DNA of 63,369 nt, filler included, from Rhabdomonas costata (taxonomy: Eukaryota), in the NCBI GenBank assembly GCA_019059605.1. It is 54 parts of 54 records of this genome, joined end to end, with 100 filler letters (N's around TTAATTAATTAA, not from the genome) between each part and the next. Parts side by side here need not be neighbours in the genome. Positions count along the whole stretch, not along the records: positions 47,015 to 48,090 come from JAHMHO010029912.1; positions 48,191 to 49,266 come from JAHMHO010029913.1; positions 49,367 to 50,442 come from JAHMHO010029914.1; positions 50,543 to 51,617 come from JAHMHO010029915.1; positions 51,718 to 52,790 come from JAHMHO010029916.1; positions 52,891 to 53,966 come from JAHMHO010029917.1; positions 54,067 to 55,142 come from JAHMHO010029918.1; positions 55,243 to 56,318 come from JAHMHO010029919.1; 46 more parts are not named here. One strand, given 5' to 3'. The notes below the pieces were generated by a model. The model was not told where the DNA came from. It did no database searches and saw nothing but the letters and a program-made list of their open reading frames with translations. Positions 47,344 to 60,131 of this stretch are shown here, in pieces (within the stretch, counting starts at the first letter, position 1; each line of letters starts with the position of its first letter). A program made the position numbers and the translations under genes.

Positions 47344-47914
47344 GTTTGCCATGGGGCAGCAGACGGCCCTGGTCATTGAGAGTGGCCATTCGTCGACCAC
47401 TGTGACCCCGGTGCACGAGGGCTTTGCCCTGGCGCGACGTATGACCTGTCACACTGTCAAACTCCAAGCCCCTTTGAGAGAAAGCCCCGTTTTGGAGTCT
47501 TGGACTCGGCGTTCCCTTCACATTCAATTTTAAAATATCCAAATCGGCACAAAACACACCAGTAAATCACCTTTAGTTTTTGGGTCATTTACTCTTGATC
47601 ACCGGCTACAAACATACGAACTCATTTAGAGCCGCAAAGTGTGCCGTGGAAACAAAGCCAGCATCGTATGAGGAACCTACCCGACTTGTGGCTTTCCATG
47701 ACGGGGGCATATTATTATGAACGCGCGTGCAAGCTGGCAGCTGCGTCCCCCCCTCCCCTGGGGCTTTTCCAATGCGATGCCGGAACTTCTTACTGTCTAA
47801 GCTTCGGCTCGCAGCAGTCGCGCGGGGCTGTCCCTCAGCCTCAACGTGCTGCAGGCCGCAGAGTTCCTTGCCAGCACCCCACTGAGGCCCCGGTACACGG
47901 TGACGAGAAAGCGG
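47344..47914 (+). CDS. Actin-related protein (Arp4-like), exons 47344-47438 and 47802-47914
   Basis: FAMGQQTALVIESGHSSTTVTPVHEGFALAR|PSARSSRAGLSLSLNVL...PLRPRYTVTRKR; actin phosphate-2 motif plus an Arp4-like insert. Confidence 0.82.
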
Positions 47915-48310
47915 GTCAGTCACCCCACCACCGCCCATTCTTCTTTCCCCATATGCCAGGCAGCTGGCCACCAGTGCGCCTGGTTCCTTCACATTCAACT
48001 GATCCCGAAATTTATGATGAGTGTGTAAGTGCCGTTTCAGGGTCAGTGTGTCTGGTGGAGTGGAGGTATTGGACGCCTGCCCCCCACTCCNNNNNNNNNN
48101 NNNNNNNNNNNNNNNNNNNNNNNNNNNNNNNNNNTTAATTAATTAANNNNNNNNNNNNNNNNNNNNNNNNNNNNNNNNNNNNNNNNNNNNGTTTTTTGGT
48201 GAAATGGTTTTCAGATTTGTGGTGTTCATCAGACACATCCACACGACGCACCGCAAGATGACCTCTGACCAGCTCGCAACCTCTCTGCTCGTGCGTGTAT
48301 GCGTTTGCAG

Positions 48311-49263
48311 TACGGGAAGGTGAAGCGTTCGTTTGTCGAGGCCATGTTGGCAGAGATTGACAGAGATCGGGAGGGCGCGGTGGATAACTGCTGGGCTGTG
48401 AAAGTGGGCACCTCGGTGTGCCTTCCATTCACCACCCCCCTATCCGCTTATCTGCGCATTTTTTTCCGTTCTCTTCTCGTGGTGGCTTACTTGCATTGAA
48501 GCCGGGAAAACAGCATGACACCAGGCGCACCGGGCGAAGGGAATTGCCCGAGGGCACAGCTGCTTTTTTTTTCGTCCCCCCCCCTCAGGTCAGATTTTTT
48601 TGGGGTGCCCCCCTCAACTGTATTTTGGGCACATGTCCGCTACTGGCAGTAGATCAGATGACGATGTAAGTTTTCCCCTCGGATATCATTAGAATTAACA
48701 GGGAGTTAAGAGGCGATGCATTGTGTGCAGGCGTTTTTCCAGGATGCGCTGCCGGCCCATGATCTTGATCAAGTGCTTTCATACCTCCCGCATAAGTGAC
48801 GGTCCAGGGGGGTGAGGGCGGCAAAAGCAGTTTTTCCTGCCTGAACCTTCTACGAAGATTTCAGTAACGCCCGCCAATTGCTTGGCATATACATGGGGAT
48901 GTGGCATGCGCGGCTGGAAATGAATAAATTGCTGCGCCCCCTGTAGCCTTATTTTCAGGAGTGAAAGTCATCCTGCATCTGTTGCATGCTCGGCTGCTGC
49001 GTAAAACTTAATGGGGGTTTGAGGGGAAACGATGTTCAATGTATCACGCCGGCGAAACGACACGCAGACAAAGGTTTGAAGGGTTTCCTGCCTAAGGCGG
49101 CACTGGCACCTTTGCGTGCGCTTCACTTTGAGCGGTGGATACCCGGCAGATACGCTCTTCTGTGGAATTTCAGATGCTGGTGGAGATCGCCCTGGGGGAC
49201 ACCAAACTGTACTGCGAGGACTTCCAGAAGGCCTTCCTGGAGGCCACTCGGGCGTACTACCGC
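48311..49263 (+). CDS. Cullin, exons 48311-48415 and 49174-contig end
   Basis: MLAEIDRDREGAVDNCWAVKVGTS|MLVEIALGDTKLYCEDFQKAFLEATRAYYR is a cullin repeat motif. Confidence 0.92.
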
Positions 49264-51888
49264 CCCNNNNNNNNNNNNNNNNNNNNNNNNNNNNNNNNNN
49301 NNNNNNNNNNTTAATTAATTAANNNNNNNNNNNNNNNNNNNNNNNNNNNNNNNNNNNNNNNNNNNNGAAGATGAGGAAGCTTCCCCCGAAGGCTCAACGG
49401 GACCGAGTTCATGTGGAAAAGAGGAGGAGGAGGAGGAGGACCCAGCACCCGAGGCGGGAGCGGAAGTCTGCTCCCCGCCGCCGCCTCGCTGCATTCGCTT
49501 CATCTGAATCCGCTCATAAGCAGTCGCCATTTTTCCAAAGGCCGCGAACCTGCTCTATTCCTACAACTCTATGCGTCTGAAAGACAAACTTAGAGGGATA
49601 ACATCCCAACAAAGGAGTAGATAAAAAGGCTGCTTTGCGTTGAACATGGCCTATCTAGCTCTCAGCACTCAAGGGCTAGGGCCAATATATACCACCACAG
49701 AAGGGAAAGAACCTTACAATTTTCTCACAAATATTCGTCAGCAGAAGGTGGTATAACGTCCGAAATATTCGCGGAAGTATTGAAACAGTGTGCTCGACAA
49801 AACATTCGCCATCAGAACACTTCGAGACCCACAATGAGCAACCACTTTCCCTTTCCCGTTAAAGTTGGGTTTTAGATGCAAAGCACACCGCTCCTTTTCT
49901 TCCTTTCTTTTCTTTTTTTTCTTTTTGGAATCGCTGCTCTTTTTTTCCCAACAACAAAAGAGCTCCCCCCCATGGAGCTCCTGCGATCATGATCCCGAGG
50001 GGGCAAGGGAAATCCTGATCCCTGGAGCGGTGAAAACTCATTCGTTGGGGGAGCAAATCTCTATCTCCATATCTCCATGTTCCCCTCGAAAACTTTACAC
50101 ATGAGGACAACAGGAGTTGGAGGAGGTCATGCTCACGAGCTCCCACATTCAAGTGAGGTGAAGTGAAGCAAACCACAAGCACATGACACAAGGAACACTG
50201 GGTTCAAGGGACCCCCATAGAACACGATCGCTGATTTCTTTCTGTGGGTTCAGGAGGCCACAGCACGGTCAACGGGAAGCAGAGCCGTGAGGCGGGTCTG
50301 CGTGCCATGGGTCCGCCGCAGCGGAACGTAGGCCACGGGGCACTGGATGCATCGCGGCACGGAGCCCGTGGTGTCCCACACTCTTTGAGAACCAGCAAGA
50401 CGACCCCAAGAGCACCCCCAGGAAACGCCACCCGCCGTTCTGNNNNNNNNNNNNNNNNNNNNNNNNNNNNNNNNNNNNNNNNNNNNTTAATTAATTAANN
50501 NNNNNNNNNNNNNNNNNNNNNNNNNNNNNNNNNNNNNNNNNNCTCCACCGCGGGGAGAGACCGCCTGTGGGGGTGGAAGGGAGCAGGGCGAAGCGGGGTG
50601 GGGAGACACTCATGCTCACTTATGCCGGGCGTGAAAGACGTGTGTGTCGTGTGAACCACCCGTGAGTACTCCAAGGTTCTCCAGCTTAACGGCAGCTTAC
50701 AAGTCAAGCTGCTCTGAAGACATAATGTGGAGTAAGTCAAGCAACCCGACCGAGAGCTTGCGCTCAGTTCACGTGCCCCAAAAGGGGCAGGCCCTTAAAA
50801 ATCGGGCTCCAAAAAGCGACCTTGAAAGGCCCCCGTAGAGATGCAACCACATGCTGGGAAGCTGCCAGTACATTCAACTCATGAGTACTACCGTCCCATC
50901 AAGCATTAGCACCAGCCGGCCAGTCTAGCTCAAGTCATGATCCTCTAGCTACGGCTCCAGTTCCAGGAAATCCATGAAGGAAGTCAAATAGGGTGAAGAT
51001 TTAAGCCGCAGTAAGTGGTCCTAACCCCCAGGCCACTATTTCCGGGGTGCCTCCTGACGATGGTGCAGGTCTGGGAGCCTGGGAAGGAGGATTGGGGGCT
51101 GCTGAAAGACCCCCACAACGACACAAGGAATTGATGTCCACCTTTGCGAAGCCAGAGGGATCTCCTTGAGCACAACCACGAAGACTGGTGGGGCGCGGGT
51201 AGACCGCAGCACCTCCAGCAGCGCAGGGTCCTCCTCCTCTTCCTCTTTTGTGTCCACTGCCTGCCCCTCCTGGTCCTGGGAGCCTGTGGAGAGGGCTTCA
51301 CTTCGGGGGTCTTCCGAGCCATCATGACGACGCTGGCAGCCCGCACCTTCTGGCGAGTCGGAGGCGGGGGACTTCCGAGGGCTCAGCGGCAAGACTGGAG
51401 GGCAGAGGTTGGGATACCCGCGGCGGTGGCTGATCGGAGTCACCATTCGTGAGTGAATGAGAGGGGTGGCAGCAGTGGTTTGGTGGAGGAGAAGGAAGGA
51501 GTTAGGCAGTGCAGGGGGCAAATGGAAACCGAAACGCAACAAGGGACAAGCGCAACTCGTGCGCCGCGGAAAGAATGGGGAAAGAAAGATGCTGCAGCAA
51601 ACGTCTGAACTCATTGCNNNNNNNNNNNNNNNNNNNNNNNNNNNNNNNNNNNNNNNNNNNNTTAATTAATTAANNNNNNNNNNNNNNNNNNNNNNNNNNN
51701 NNNNNNNNNNNNNNNNNTGTGGGGTGGGTCGAGTTTCAGTTTAATCCCAACATGAAGTCAAACGTATCTCACAGCAAACCATAAAAACCGGAACACCAAC
51801 GAAACCTGAAGGCAGACCGGGGGTGGTTGGGAGGGAGAGACGCAGAGGTCACTGCATGCACCCCACACACCCATGAGAATCGAGTCAC

Positions 51889-52759
51889 CGCCACGGCGTT
51901 GGCAATCCTGTCCAGGGCCTCTTGCAGCTTCACCCGCTCCTCGATCACAAACCCAAACGCAGCACGGCGAAGCGCAAGATGCTATGAAAGGATCATACGC
52001 CACACCACCTCAGCACGTAGCCCATAAGCACCACAAACGCATTCCAAATTGCAAGGGTACAGGTTAGCATGTGCCCGCGCTTCCCATCACCGGAATGTCC
52101 GGCAACGTCCTTTGAGACATCGGCTTCTTGTATGTTGGAAGTACACCAAGTGCAATCCATTCGGCTCCAGACCGAATGCACTGCTTTCCCTCTACAACTG
52201 CTGCGGAAAAAACAATGAACTAGGGAGCATTCACAAACGCGCGGGGTTCCTTGCTCTTACCGAGAAAAGTTAATCATAGCTACTTCATCTTTCAAAACAA
52301 CCTACCACAAAACAACAATCGGTCCTAAAATCGTCAACGCAACTGAAAAATGTCACGTGTTTTCTTCAGCTAAAACCTAACCACTTACTGCTGCACTAAA
52401 CCACAACACACCGCACAAACCTGCCGCTTGACTTCCTGGACCTCTTGGCTGAGCTTCCCCGCGGTGGTCTCGGCCTTGTGCAGGCGGCGGGCCATGTCGT
52501 GCAGCAGCTCATGCAGGAGAGCCACGCTGTCCGTGAGGTGCTGCCGCGTCACTGCCATCCGCAGCATCTCCCGGCGCCTCGCACGGATCGGAACCCCGCC
52601 CAACTCTACGGGGGCCAAGTACGGCGCAAGCTCCTCGAGGTACGCCACCACGCCCTGGCAGGCCTCCCAGTCCAGGAAGCTCATCGTCTCCGTGTCCCAC
52701 GCGGGGTACAGGTGCTTCCGCAGCGTCACCACACTCAGCAGCAGCCGCAGCTGATCCTC
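51889..52759 (-). CDS. Unknown helical/coiled-coil protein, exons 52759-52421 and 51981-51889
   Basis: Both exons AG/GT bounded, phase 0 and GC3-rich: EDQLRLLLSVVTLRK...VQEVKRQ|HLALRRAAFGFVIEERVKLQEALDR. Confidence 0.75.
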
Positions 52760-53018
52760 CTGGGGATGCACTCGCACCACCACCCACCCCNNNNNNNNNN
52801 NNNNNNNNNNNNNNNNNNNNNNNNNNNNNNNNNNTTAATTAATTAANNNNNNNNNNNNNNNNNNNNNNNNNNNNNNNNNNNNNNNNNNNNAGCACGCGAC
52901 TCGCTGAAGAGGTGCTGCAAAAGCCCCAGGTCGTTGAACATCACTAAAAGGAAGTTCATTCCAACGTTGCCTCACAGCGACAAGAGTTACCGTGCAACAG
53001 AGTAGCTGAAAAACCAAC

Positions 53019-53920
53019 CTAGAAGGCGAAAGATCTGGAACAGCTGTCGCAGCTTCTCGAAATCAGTCGCATTTTCCAAATCATCGAAGACAGCAAGCAG
53101 CTTGTCAATATAACCTTCGTTCTGAATTTGTGCAACGAAACCTTCTTTAGAAGCCGGTCGCACTGACTCCAAAACCTGAAGGATTGCTCCCAGCGAGGCA
53201 GGCTCCACCACAGGAAGGTCCACTCGCGGAAGCTCCTGCTTTCTGGCATTTATGCTATCGTCCTCGGACTCTTCAGAAGAAAGCGAAAGTTCGGATGAAT
53301 GGCCCTGAACCCGTCGGATCTGAGACCTGCACAAAAAAGGCATGTGCGTCTCAGCATTCCCAAGATTCCCCGGATGGTCCCCAGAATGGAATTGGCACGT
53401 TTTCACTTGTCGTTCAAAGCCGAAATTTTTGTGATGGCTCGATAACCGATTATCAAAGAGCACACGGAAAATGTTCAAAAACCTTGATTACTGCAAATTT
53501 ACAAAAGTATAAATCATTTCAGAACGAGTAAAAAGTACCAATGAAGACTGGGGTGAAAAGATTGACCTCCCGGAAATCGAACTTTGTGTTTTTGATGTCG
53601 GGGGTGCCGAAGGACGAGTTTTTAGGCCGATTTGAGCCGTTTGTGGGCTTGTTGTTGACCTTTCAAGCTGCACTAAGGCCGAAATTAGGGCGCTTTGTTT
53701 TCCGAGGAAGTCAGAGCGGTGCCGAAGTCAAAAACTGCCCCAGGCCACTTCTAGGTGTTAGGTGTTAGGTATTGTCTCTCGCAAGGAAGCATCACCGAAC
53801 CATCTTGGCAGAAAGGAAAAAGGAAATGAGCACACCACACAAGGCGACAACCCTTTGCGTACTCGAAGCTCAACGACAGTTCTTGGCGCAGACTTGGTTC
53901 GTTCCACACGATGAGCGTTT
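53019..53920 (-). CDS. PPP4R3: Protein phosphatase 4 regulatory subunit 3 (SMEK/Psy2), exons 53920-53836 and 53326-53019
   Basis: ETLIVWNEP...ELSLSFEYAKGCRLVW|SQIRRVQ...EGYIDKLLAVFDDLE...LRQLFQIF; split Trp codon joins correctly. Confidence 0.9.
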
Positions 53921-54215
53921 CTGTTAAACATAAACCCACGAACAAGGAATTTTTCCAAAAAACAAANNNNNNNNNNNNNNNNNNNNNNNNNNNNNNNNNN
54001 NNNNNNNNNNTTAATTAATTAANNNNNNNNNNNNNNNNNNNNNNNNNNNNNNNNNNNNNNNNNNNNTTGTTTTTGCGTTGATTGGGGCATATTTAGGCCA
54101 ATTTAGGGATGCTACACCCCCGTGGTGTGGTATTTTGGTATTCGGCACTTTTTCGAAAAATCGCGTTTTTTTCGGTCATTTTGGGCTCCAGGGCCGTTTA
54201 TATGGGAAAACGTCC

Positions 54216-54593
54216 ATTTTCTCCAGGAGGCTTTTTTTTGAATTAATTTGTCTTGAGTTTGTCTTTTGTGATGATTACGAATGCAATTTTAAAAAAGATA
54301 ACATTATCACGTGAGACATTTTGTAACGTGATAAAAGTTTATTTTTCTCCAGGAGCCATGTTTTTGGCTTAATTTTGTGTATGTGTTCTGCTTTTTGGAA
54401 CAGTTGTAACAGTTTTTGTTGAAGATATTCCAACGTAAATGCCTCAGAATAGTTTTTGTGGTTTCTCGACTTCTCGTTGTACTCTCAGTATGGGACAAAA
54501 TATGACGCTTTCAAAAAAGTGAAAATTTCCTATACAAAGCTGCGGGACCTTTGCATGTAAAATCGTAAATTTTCTCCAGGAGCCATGTTTTTT
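54216..54593 (+). repeat. Three dispersed direct repeats TTTCTCCAGGAG(CCATGTTTTT) in AT-rich non-coding DNA
   Basis: Copies at ~54216, ~54341 and ~54569. Confidence 0.7.
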
Positions 54594-56418
54594 CCAATTT
54601 TTCTTGACCTTAATCGGATGAAAAGAAATTGTTTGTTAATCTGTGTAACTTATTTTGCTACATAAATGCCAAAAATCATCATTTTATGTGTGAAGTCCAG
54701 TTGTAAAACCCAGAACGTTGGAGTAAAAGTGGTACTTTTAAAAAAGCAAAAACTTCCCCATGCAAAGTCAACCGGGTCACACAGTCCACAGAAAAATTTT
54801 AAAGCTTCCATCATGGTTTACTCAGTAGGATCCAGTTTCTTCTGTAATGAAATGATTTTAAAATGGAACTTTGTCTCACGCTGTGCAACTTTTAGTACGG
54901 ATGCGAGTTTTTGTGCAGAACTTTCCAGGTTTCTTCGTGACATTTTTCTCTATCATTATGTGCATTCAGCTGCACTGCAACTGCGCAATCCGTCGACCAA
55001 GGGCAAAATGGGACATATCTCGAGATAGACTGCGTATTTTTTGAATCTGATTGCATATATTGGTAGGTTTTTGGGTACGGGGAATCGTTTAAAACAAAAA
55101 TGGAGCTTCAACTCGGTCTCTAGATATGTTTTTGCTCGAAAANNNNNNNNNNNNNNNNNNNNNNNNNNNNNNNNNNNNNNNNNNNNTTAATTAATTAANN
55201 NNNNNNNNNNNNNNNNNNNNNNNNNNNNNNNNNNNNNNNNNNGTGGGGGGGGGGACACGTTGCACACGCCGCGAACACGTCACAGGCAAGGAAATGACGA
55301 GGAAGAGGCGCACTGCACACTGGTCCGAGGGGGAAGGGTATTCATGACTACCACTTCTCCACCTGAGTGCTCGCAGCTGTTGTTGCACCTCTGTCTGTGC
55401 CTTGAACGGTGGGGCGAGCTCGAAAAAGCCCTGAAATAATGGCCCATTTGGGCCGGTGTTGGGAATGGTCAACTCAAACAACACAAACGCAAACACAAAC
55501 ACAAACCAGTCTGAAAGTCACACAAAATAAAGGAGGAGCAAGCCTGACGCCTTCTAGATCCCGAAAAAGCACTTTGAAGGGGATACTTAATCGTACGAGC
55601 ACAACTGATGGCACATATATTCGGAGAATTCCTCGAGACCCTCACTCAATCACTCCAAGAACGACAACGAGCTCCAAGAGCAGGCCAGTCCTGATGCTGA
55701 GAGTTGCGCAGAAGGCAGGCCTTGCCATTTTTGCAAGCAGCATTAAAACGTGACGTTTAAAAGAAGACTAAACCACAAAACAATAAATGGAGGGCTGGGG
55801 ATGGGACAGGATTGCGCAGGAAGAGGGATGCACAAAGTCGTCTGCCGCAACCCACACCGCAGCAGACAAAGAATGGCAATAGCTGTCACCACCAAAAAGA
55901 AGCCCCAACACTCATTACAGGAGGCCTGCTCGGTAATGGAGGAGGACGCCATGCGGCACTGGCACTAGCACTCGAAGCGAGAGCAGAGAAGCCCTGAATG
56001 CACTGGGCTAAGCGTGCACAGCTTTTCACCGACAGAGATCGACAGCTGGCCTCTCAACCCGAGCTGTCAGTCCGAGAAAGCAAAAGAGAGAAAAAGGAGG
56101 GATTGCAGAGACGGCAGCATTGTGGGGTATCAGTGCAGGTGCGAACACAGTGCTGGAGCACCAATAAAAACGGGGAGCGAGCAAACAGTAAGCGAAAAGA
56201 GAAGAAACCGGGGGGGGGGGATTCTAGAAGTCATTTCCAGTGCCACTGATGACCTCTTGGACATCGACCAATAACGATGAAGGATCGAGAACACAAAAAC
56301 CAAACACAACACACAAAANNNNNNNNNNNNNNNNNNNNNNNNNNNNNNNNNNNNNNNNNNNNTTAATTAATTAANNNNNNNNNNNNNNNNNNNNNNNNNN
56401 NNNNNNNNNNNNNNNNNN

Positions 56419-57156
56419 TAATTGTCGATCAGTTGGCGAAGTAATGTTTACATCAGACAATGAAACACGTAATAATCCAGGAGAATTTACCCATTTATTT
56501 GCTGTAGAATCATAAGTAAGTAGCTGATCACCTGTTGGTGTTGATAAAGCAAAATCTGATAAAAATGATGTATCTAGATTTTTCCAAATTGCAGAAGTAG
56601 GTCCAGTTGCAGTTAGTAATTGGCCACTAATTGGTGCTGAAGCAGATGATACATCAACTTTTGTTGTTGCAGATAATAATGAATTAGCCATGATATTATT
56701 AGATGGATCAACCAAAGTTTTATTTATTAAAGTTTGTGTCGCTGTATCACCAACAATGACACAAGAGGCATCAGGAACAGTTAATATTCTTGTTTCTCCA
56801 CTTGTAATTTCTGATAATGACAATTGTACTTTCTTTGTTTTATCAGTATTATTTACAAGAGTAAATACAGTATCAAATAAGGTACTTGAATTGATCCATT
56901 GATTAGATGCTGAATCATAAATAAGTAATTGATTATCTGATACGGACGTGATATTCACGTCTGATAATGATACACTTAATAAACCAGTTGTATTTTTCCA
57001 TTTATTCGTTACATTATCATAAACAAGTAATTGATGATCTGATGGAGACGTGATATTCACGTCTCCTAAAGAAGCACTTAACAATCCAAATGTATTGATC
57101 CATTTATTAGATACAGAATCAAAAATAAGTAATTGATGGTTCATTGGCGATGTAAT
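56419..57156 (-). CDS. Viral fibre/tail-fibre-like repeat protein, 5'-interrupted fragment
   Basis: Repeats of SLSDVNITSPxDxQLLxYDxxxxKWxN plus a TKKVQLSLSEITSGETRILTVPDA...TQTLINKTL motif; AT-rich, intronless; begins mid-repeat. Confidence 0.8.
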
Positions 57157-57315
57157 TATAATTATTATTAATTAACTTTTTATTAATAAGACTATCTCGA
57201 TCAAAATCAATGATAGGTTGATAAATTCATTTTCCTATAACAAATTTTAATAAATCTTCTTTCAGACCAAAGTTGACTAAGATATAAGATTACTAAGTTT
57301 TTAATTAGTACGAGA

Positions 57316-57494
57316 TATATTTACATAAACACACAAAAAAGTAACGAGAACTTAATAAAGGAAATAAAAAACACATACAAAGTAAGAGAAAATGAAAAAT
57401 TGACCATAATGTATGGAGATTGGTCTTCAAAAAATCAAATGAAGAATATGATATCAACACCAAATAAAAAAATAAAAAGATTATTAGGTAAACA
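57316..57494 (+). mobile_element. Fanzor1 (eukaryotic/viral TnpB-like nuclease) gene fragment, bridge helix to RuvC-II region
   Basis: YIYINTQKSNENLIKEIKNTYK...LTIMYGDWSSKNQMKNMISTPNKKIKRLLGK matches the recalled viral Fanzor1 pattern YINxQxS...GDWS..QM....STP...KR.L; N-terminus missing (TGA at 57274). Confidence 0.8.
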
Positions 57495-58959
57495 NNNNNN
57501 NNNNNNNNNNNNNNNNNNNNNNNNNNNNNNNNNNNNNNTTAATTAATTAANNNNNNNNNNNNNNNNNNNNNNNNNNNNNNNNNNNNNNNNNNNNGTGTGT
57601 TCACATCCGCATTCACGCAATGAGACCTCAGTTTCCGCGAGCAGAGTATGGTTGTTCTGGAATTCCCTCCACTCCATAAGCTGCACTCGGCTGAGCAGTG
57701 GAATACTCTCCTCAGCCGAGTGCAGCTTATGGAGTGGAGGGAATTCCAGAACAACCATACTCTGCTCGCGGAAACTGAGGTCTCATTGCGTGAATGCGGA
57801 TGTGCACACGCCTGCTCTTTCGGAACATGTTGCTGTCAACACACTTTTAAGAGTTTAAGAGAGTGTATGAGTGAGGATGCACAGGGCCGAAAATTGGTCC
57901 TGGCGAGGGGGGGGGCAAGGTGTTGCTGGAAAGATACTTTCCGGTTTGATCGGGCAAAAAGTGCAAAAAGTGGGCTGAGAGTGAAATCACACGAATTTAG
58001 TTTTCGGAAGAGTTTCTGTTTTTTTCCGCGTGTGGGTGTTGATGGCATCGATGTGGAAAAGACAGGGTCGGCCTGAAAAGTTGCCCTACCTCCGCCCCAC
58101 CAGATTCCCACATCTGCAACACCTTGTGGTGGGTATCACCTTACAACCCCCTGCAGATTCTTCCTTGGAATCCATTGGAACCGCTTCGATTGCAATATAT
58201 AAGTGAACCTGGCTTTGATGTTTCAGTTGGCCCACCCCTTGGATGATGCGTGTGCATTGGTAGGCCTGTGCGTTCGTGGTTGCGTGCGATGGTGGGGGGA
58301 CTGCGGTTCCAGGATTTCGTGAGGAATGCCACGGCCAACCTCATGGCCACCCAGATAGAGTCAGGAAACCCCCCGCTGGCCAAAGTCGGGAGCTTGCGGC
58401 TGCACGGAGGTTGGCGAACCCCCCCCCTAACAGAAAGAGATAAACGAATGCTGATGTGCCCTCGATTTCTCAGGCTCCTTCTCTTCTTCGCAATGTCGCA
58501 ATGTGAGCTCTCCCAGAAATGAAAGGCGCACGCAGAGACCCAAGAGAGAGAGAGAGAGCCCACGTCCATCTTGGCCTAGCCGCGTTCCTTCCACCATGTC
58601 AGGCCTTTGCGTTTGTCTCCAGCATTCGTATGATTTGACTTGGATCCGTAAAAAAAATTGCTCACCCACNNNNNNNNNNNNNNNNNNNNNNNNNNNNNNN
58701 NNNNNNNNNNNNNTTAATTAATTAANNNNNNNNNNNNNNNNNNNNNNNNNNNNNNNNNNNNNNNNNNNNCTTCGATTACCTCTTCTGGGAGGTAGTTTCT
58801 GTGCACATGTTGTGAGAGAAGGTTACGATGAATATCGATTGCAGCAAGCAACTGAATAAGGTGGGTGGCAGGAAGAATACCTGGTACAACCTGGGTGGAT
58901 TAGCTGATGCTGGTGCGCGTTGCACGCTGTATTGTGCTGATTCTGTCTTGGGGGAATAG

Positions 58960-59222
58960 GGCTCCTTCGGGTCACCGCTCTGGACGTCACCTTTGCCGCC
59001 CAGCCCGTGAAAAAGCACGCCAATCGCCCGCTTCGTGTGGTGCTCAGCCTGGGCGGCCGCCGCATGGTCTCTCACAAGGCTCGCCCTGAGGTCCGAGGAG
59101 GGCTGGCCACCGCGAGCTGGGGCGAGGGTTGGGAACTCGAGGTTCCCTCGGGCTCTTCCGGTGTTTTGCAGGTGGAGCTTCAATCCGTGGGGCTGTTTCG
59201 ACAGTTCACTCTGTCCTCTGTG
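58960..59222 (+). CDS. C2-domain-like exon
   Basis: LLRVTALDV...LRVVLSLGGRRMVSHK...ASWGEGWELEV...GVLQVELQS has a C2 strand pattern. Confidence 0.55.
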
Positions 59223-60131
59223 GTATGCGTTCCCAACTTCTGGCTTTCCTACCTCTCAGCCTTTTTCGAATTCCGCCACGTCGCGGGCACTTCACCCCTT
59301 CACGACCCTGCACTTCCTCGAGGTCCCTGGGTATCAGTTCCTGGGTAAAGTCGGATGTTCATATTCTCCTTAGGTGCTCACTACAACTGATGTGGCTAGG
59401 GACTGTCTGCTATATTTCCCAATGAGGCGGTTTGTTGCACGGTCCCCCTGTGGAACCTTTGCAGGCCGGGGGCACAGTGCACTTACCCCTTCCGCAAGGT
59501 ATTGGGTGGTCAGCAGGGTGTATGGGACTGGGCTGTGGGGATGCGGTGTTTGTGGTCTCACCCCCCACATAATCAGTGGCACAGCCTTCCCTTTCCCCTT
59601 GTCCCCTTCCCCACGTTTCGTCCACCTCAGTCTCCCAGCTGCTCTTCTCTCATTCCTCACGCACTCCCCATTATCTCCAAAAACCTTTCCTTTCCCCCCA
59701 CCGCCTTCTGTTCATTTTTCTTCCTAGCAACTGCACCCTTGTGCTTGCGCGCCACTGTTGCTGCCACAATCGTCCAATCCTGCATCCATCCAACCTCTGC
59801 TATGTGCCGCTGCCATTGTTGGCAACCCATTTGTACGGGCATGCNNNNNNNNNNNNNNNNNNNNNNNNNNNNNNNNNNNNNNNNNNNNTTAATTAATTAA
59901 NNNNNNNNNNNNNNNNNNNNNNNNNNNNNNNNNNNNNNNNNNNNCTCCCGCCGCTCAGATTCACCCCCTGTGCCTGCGTCGTTTCTTGTGCTTACAACTC
60001 TGCAACTTGCACCGCAATGTTTATGTCCGGGCTTGCCCTTGACCCCTATCTGCTGCCCTCGGCACCCAACGTTGTAGACAAAACTCTGCTTTCCCTCCGA
60101 GGGTTGGACACCTCTTGCACTTTACTTCCAG

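Noticed and set aside
4687-57494. Treating the ATPase, protease, recombinase, fibre and Fanzor contigs as one linked locus
   Set aside because: They are separate length-sorted contigs; common origin is only suggested by composition.
57595-57808. Long perfect palindrome as a structured ncRNA, hairpin telomere or MITE
   Set aside because: Starts exactly at the contig edge with near-perfect arms, like many other fold-back chimeras here.
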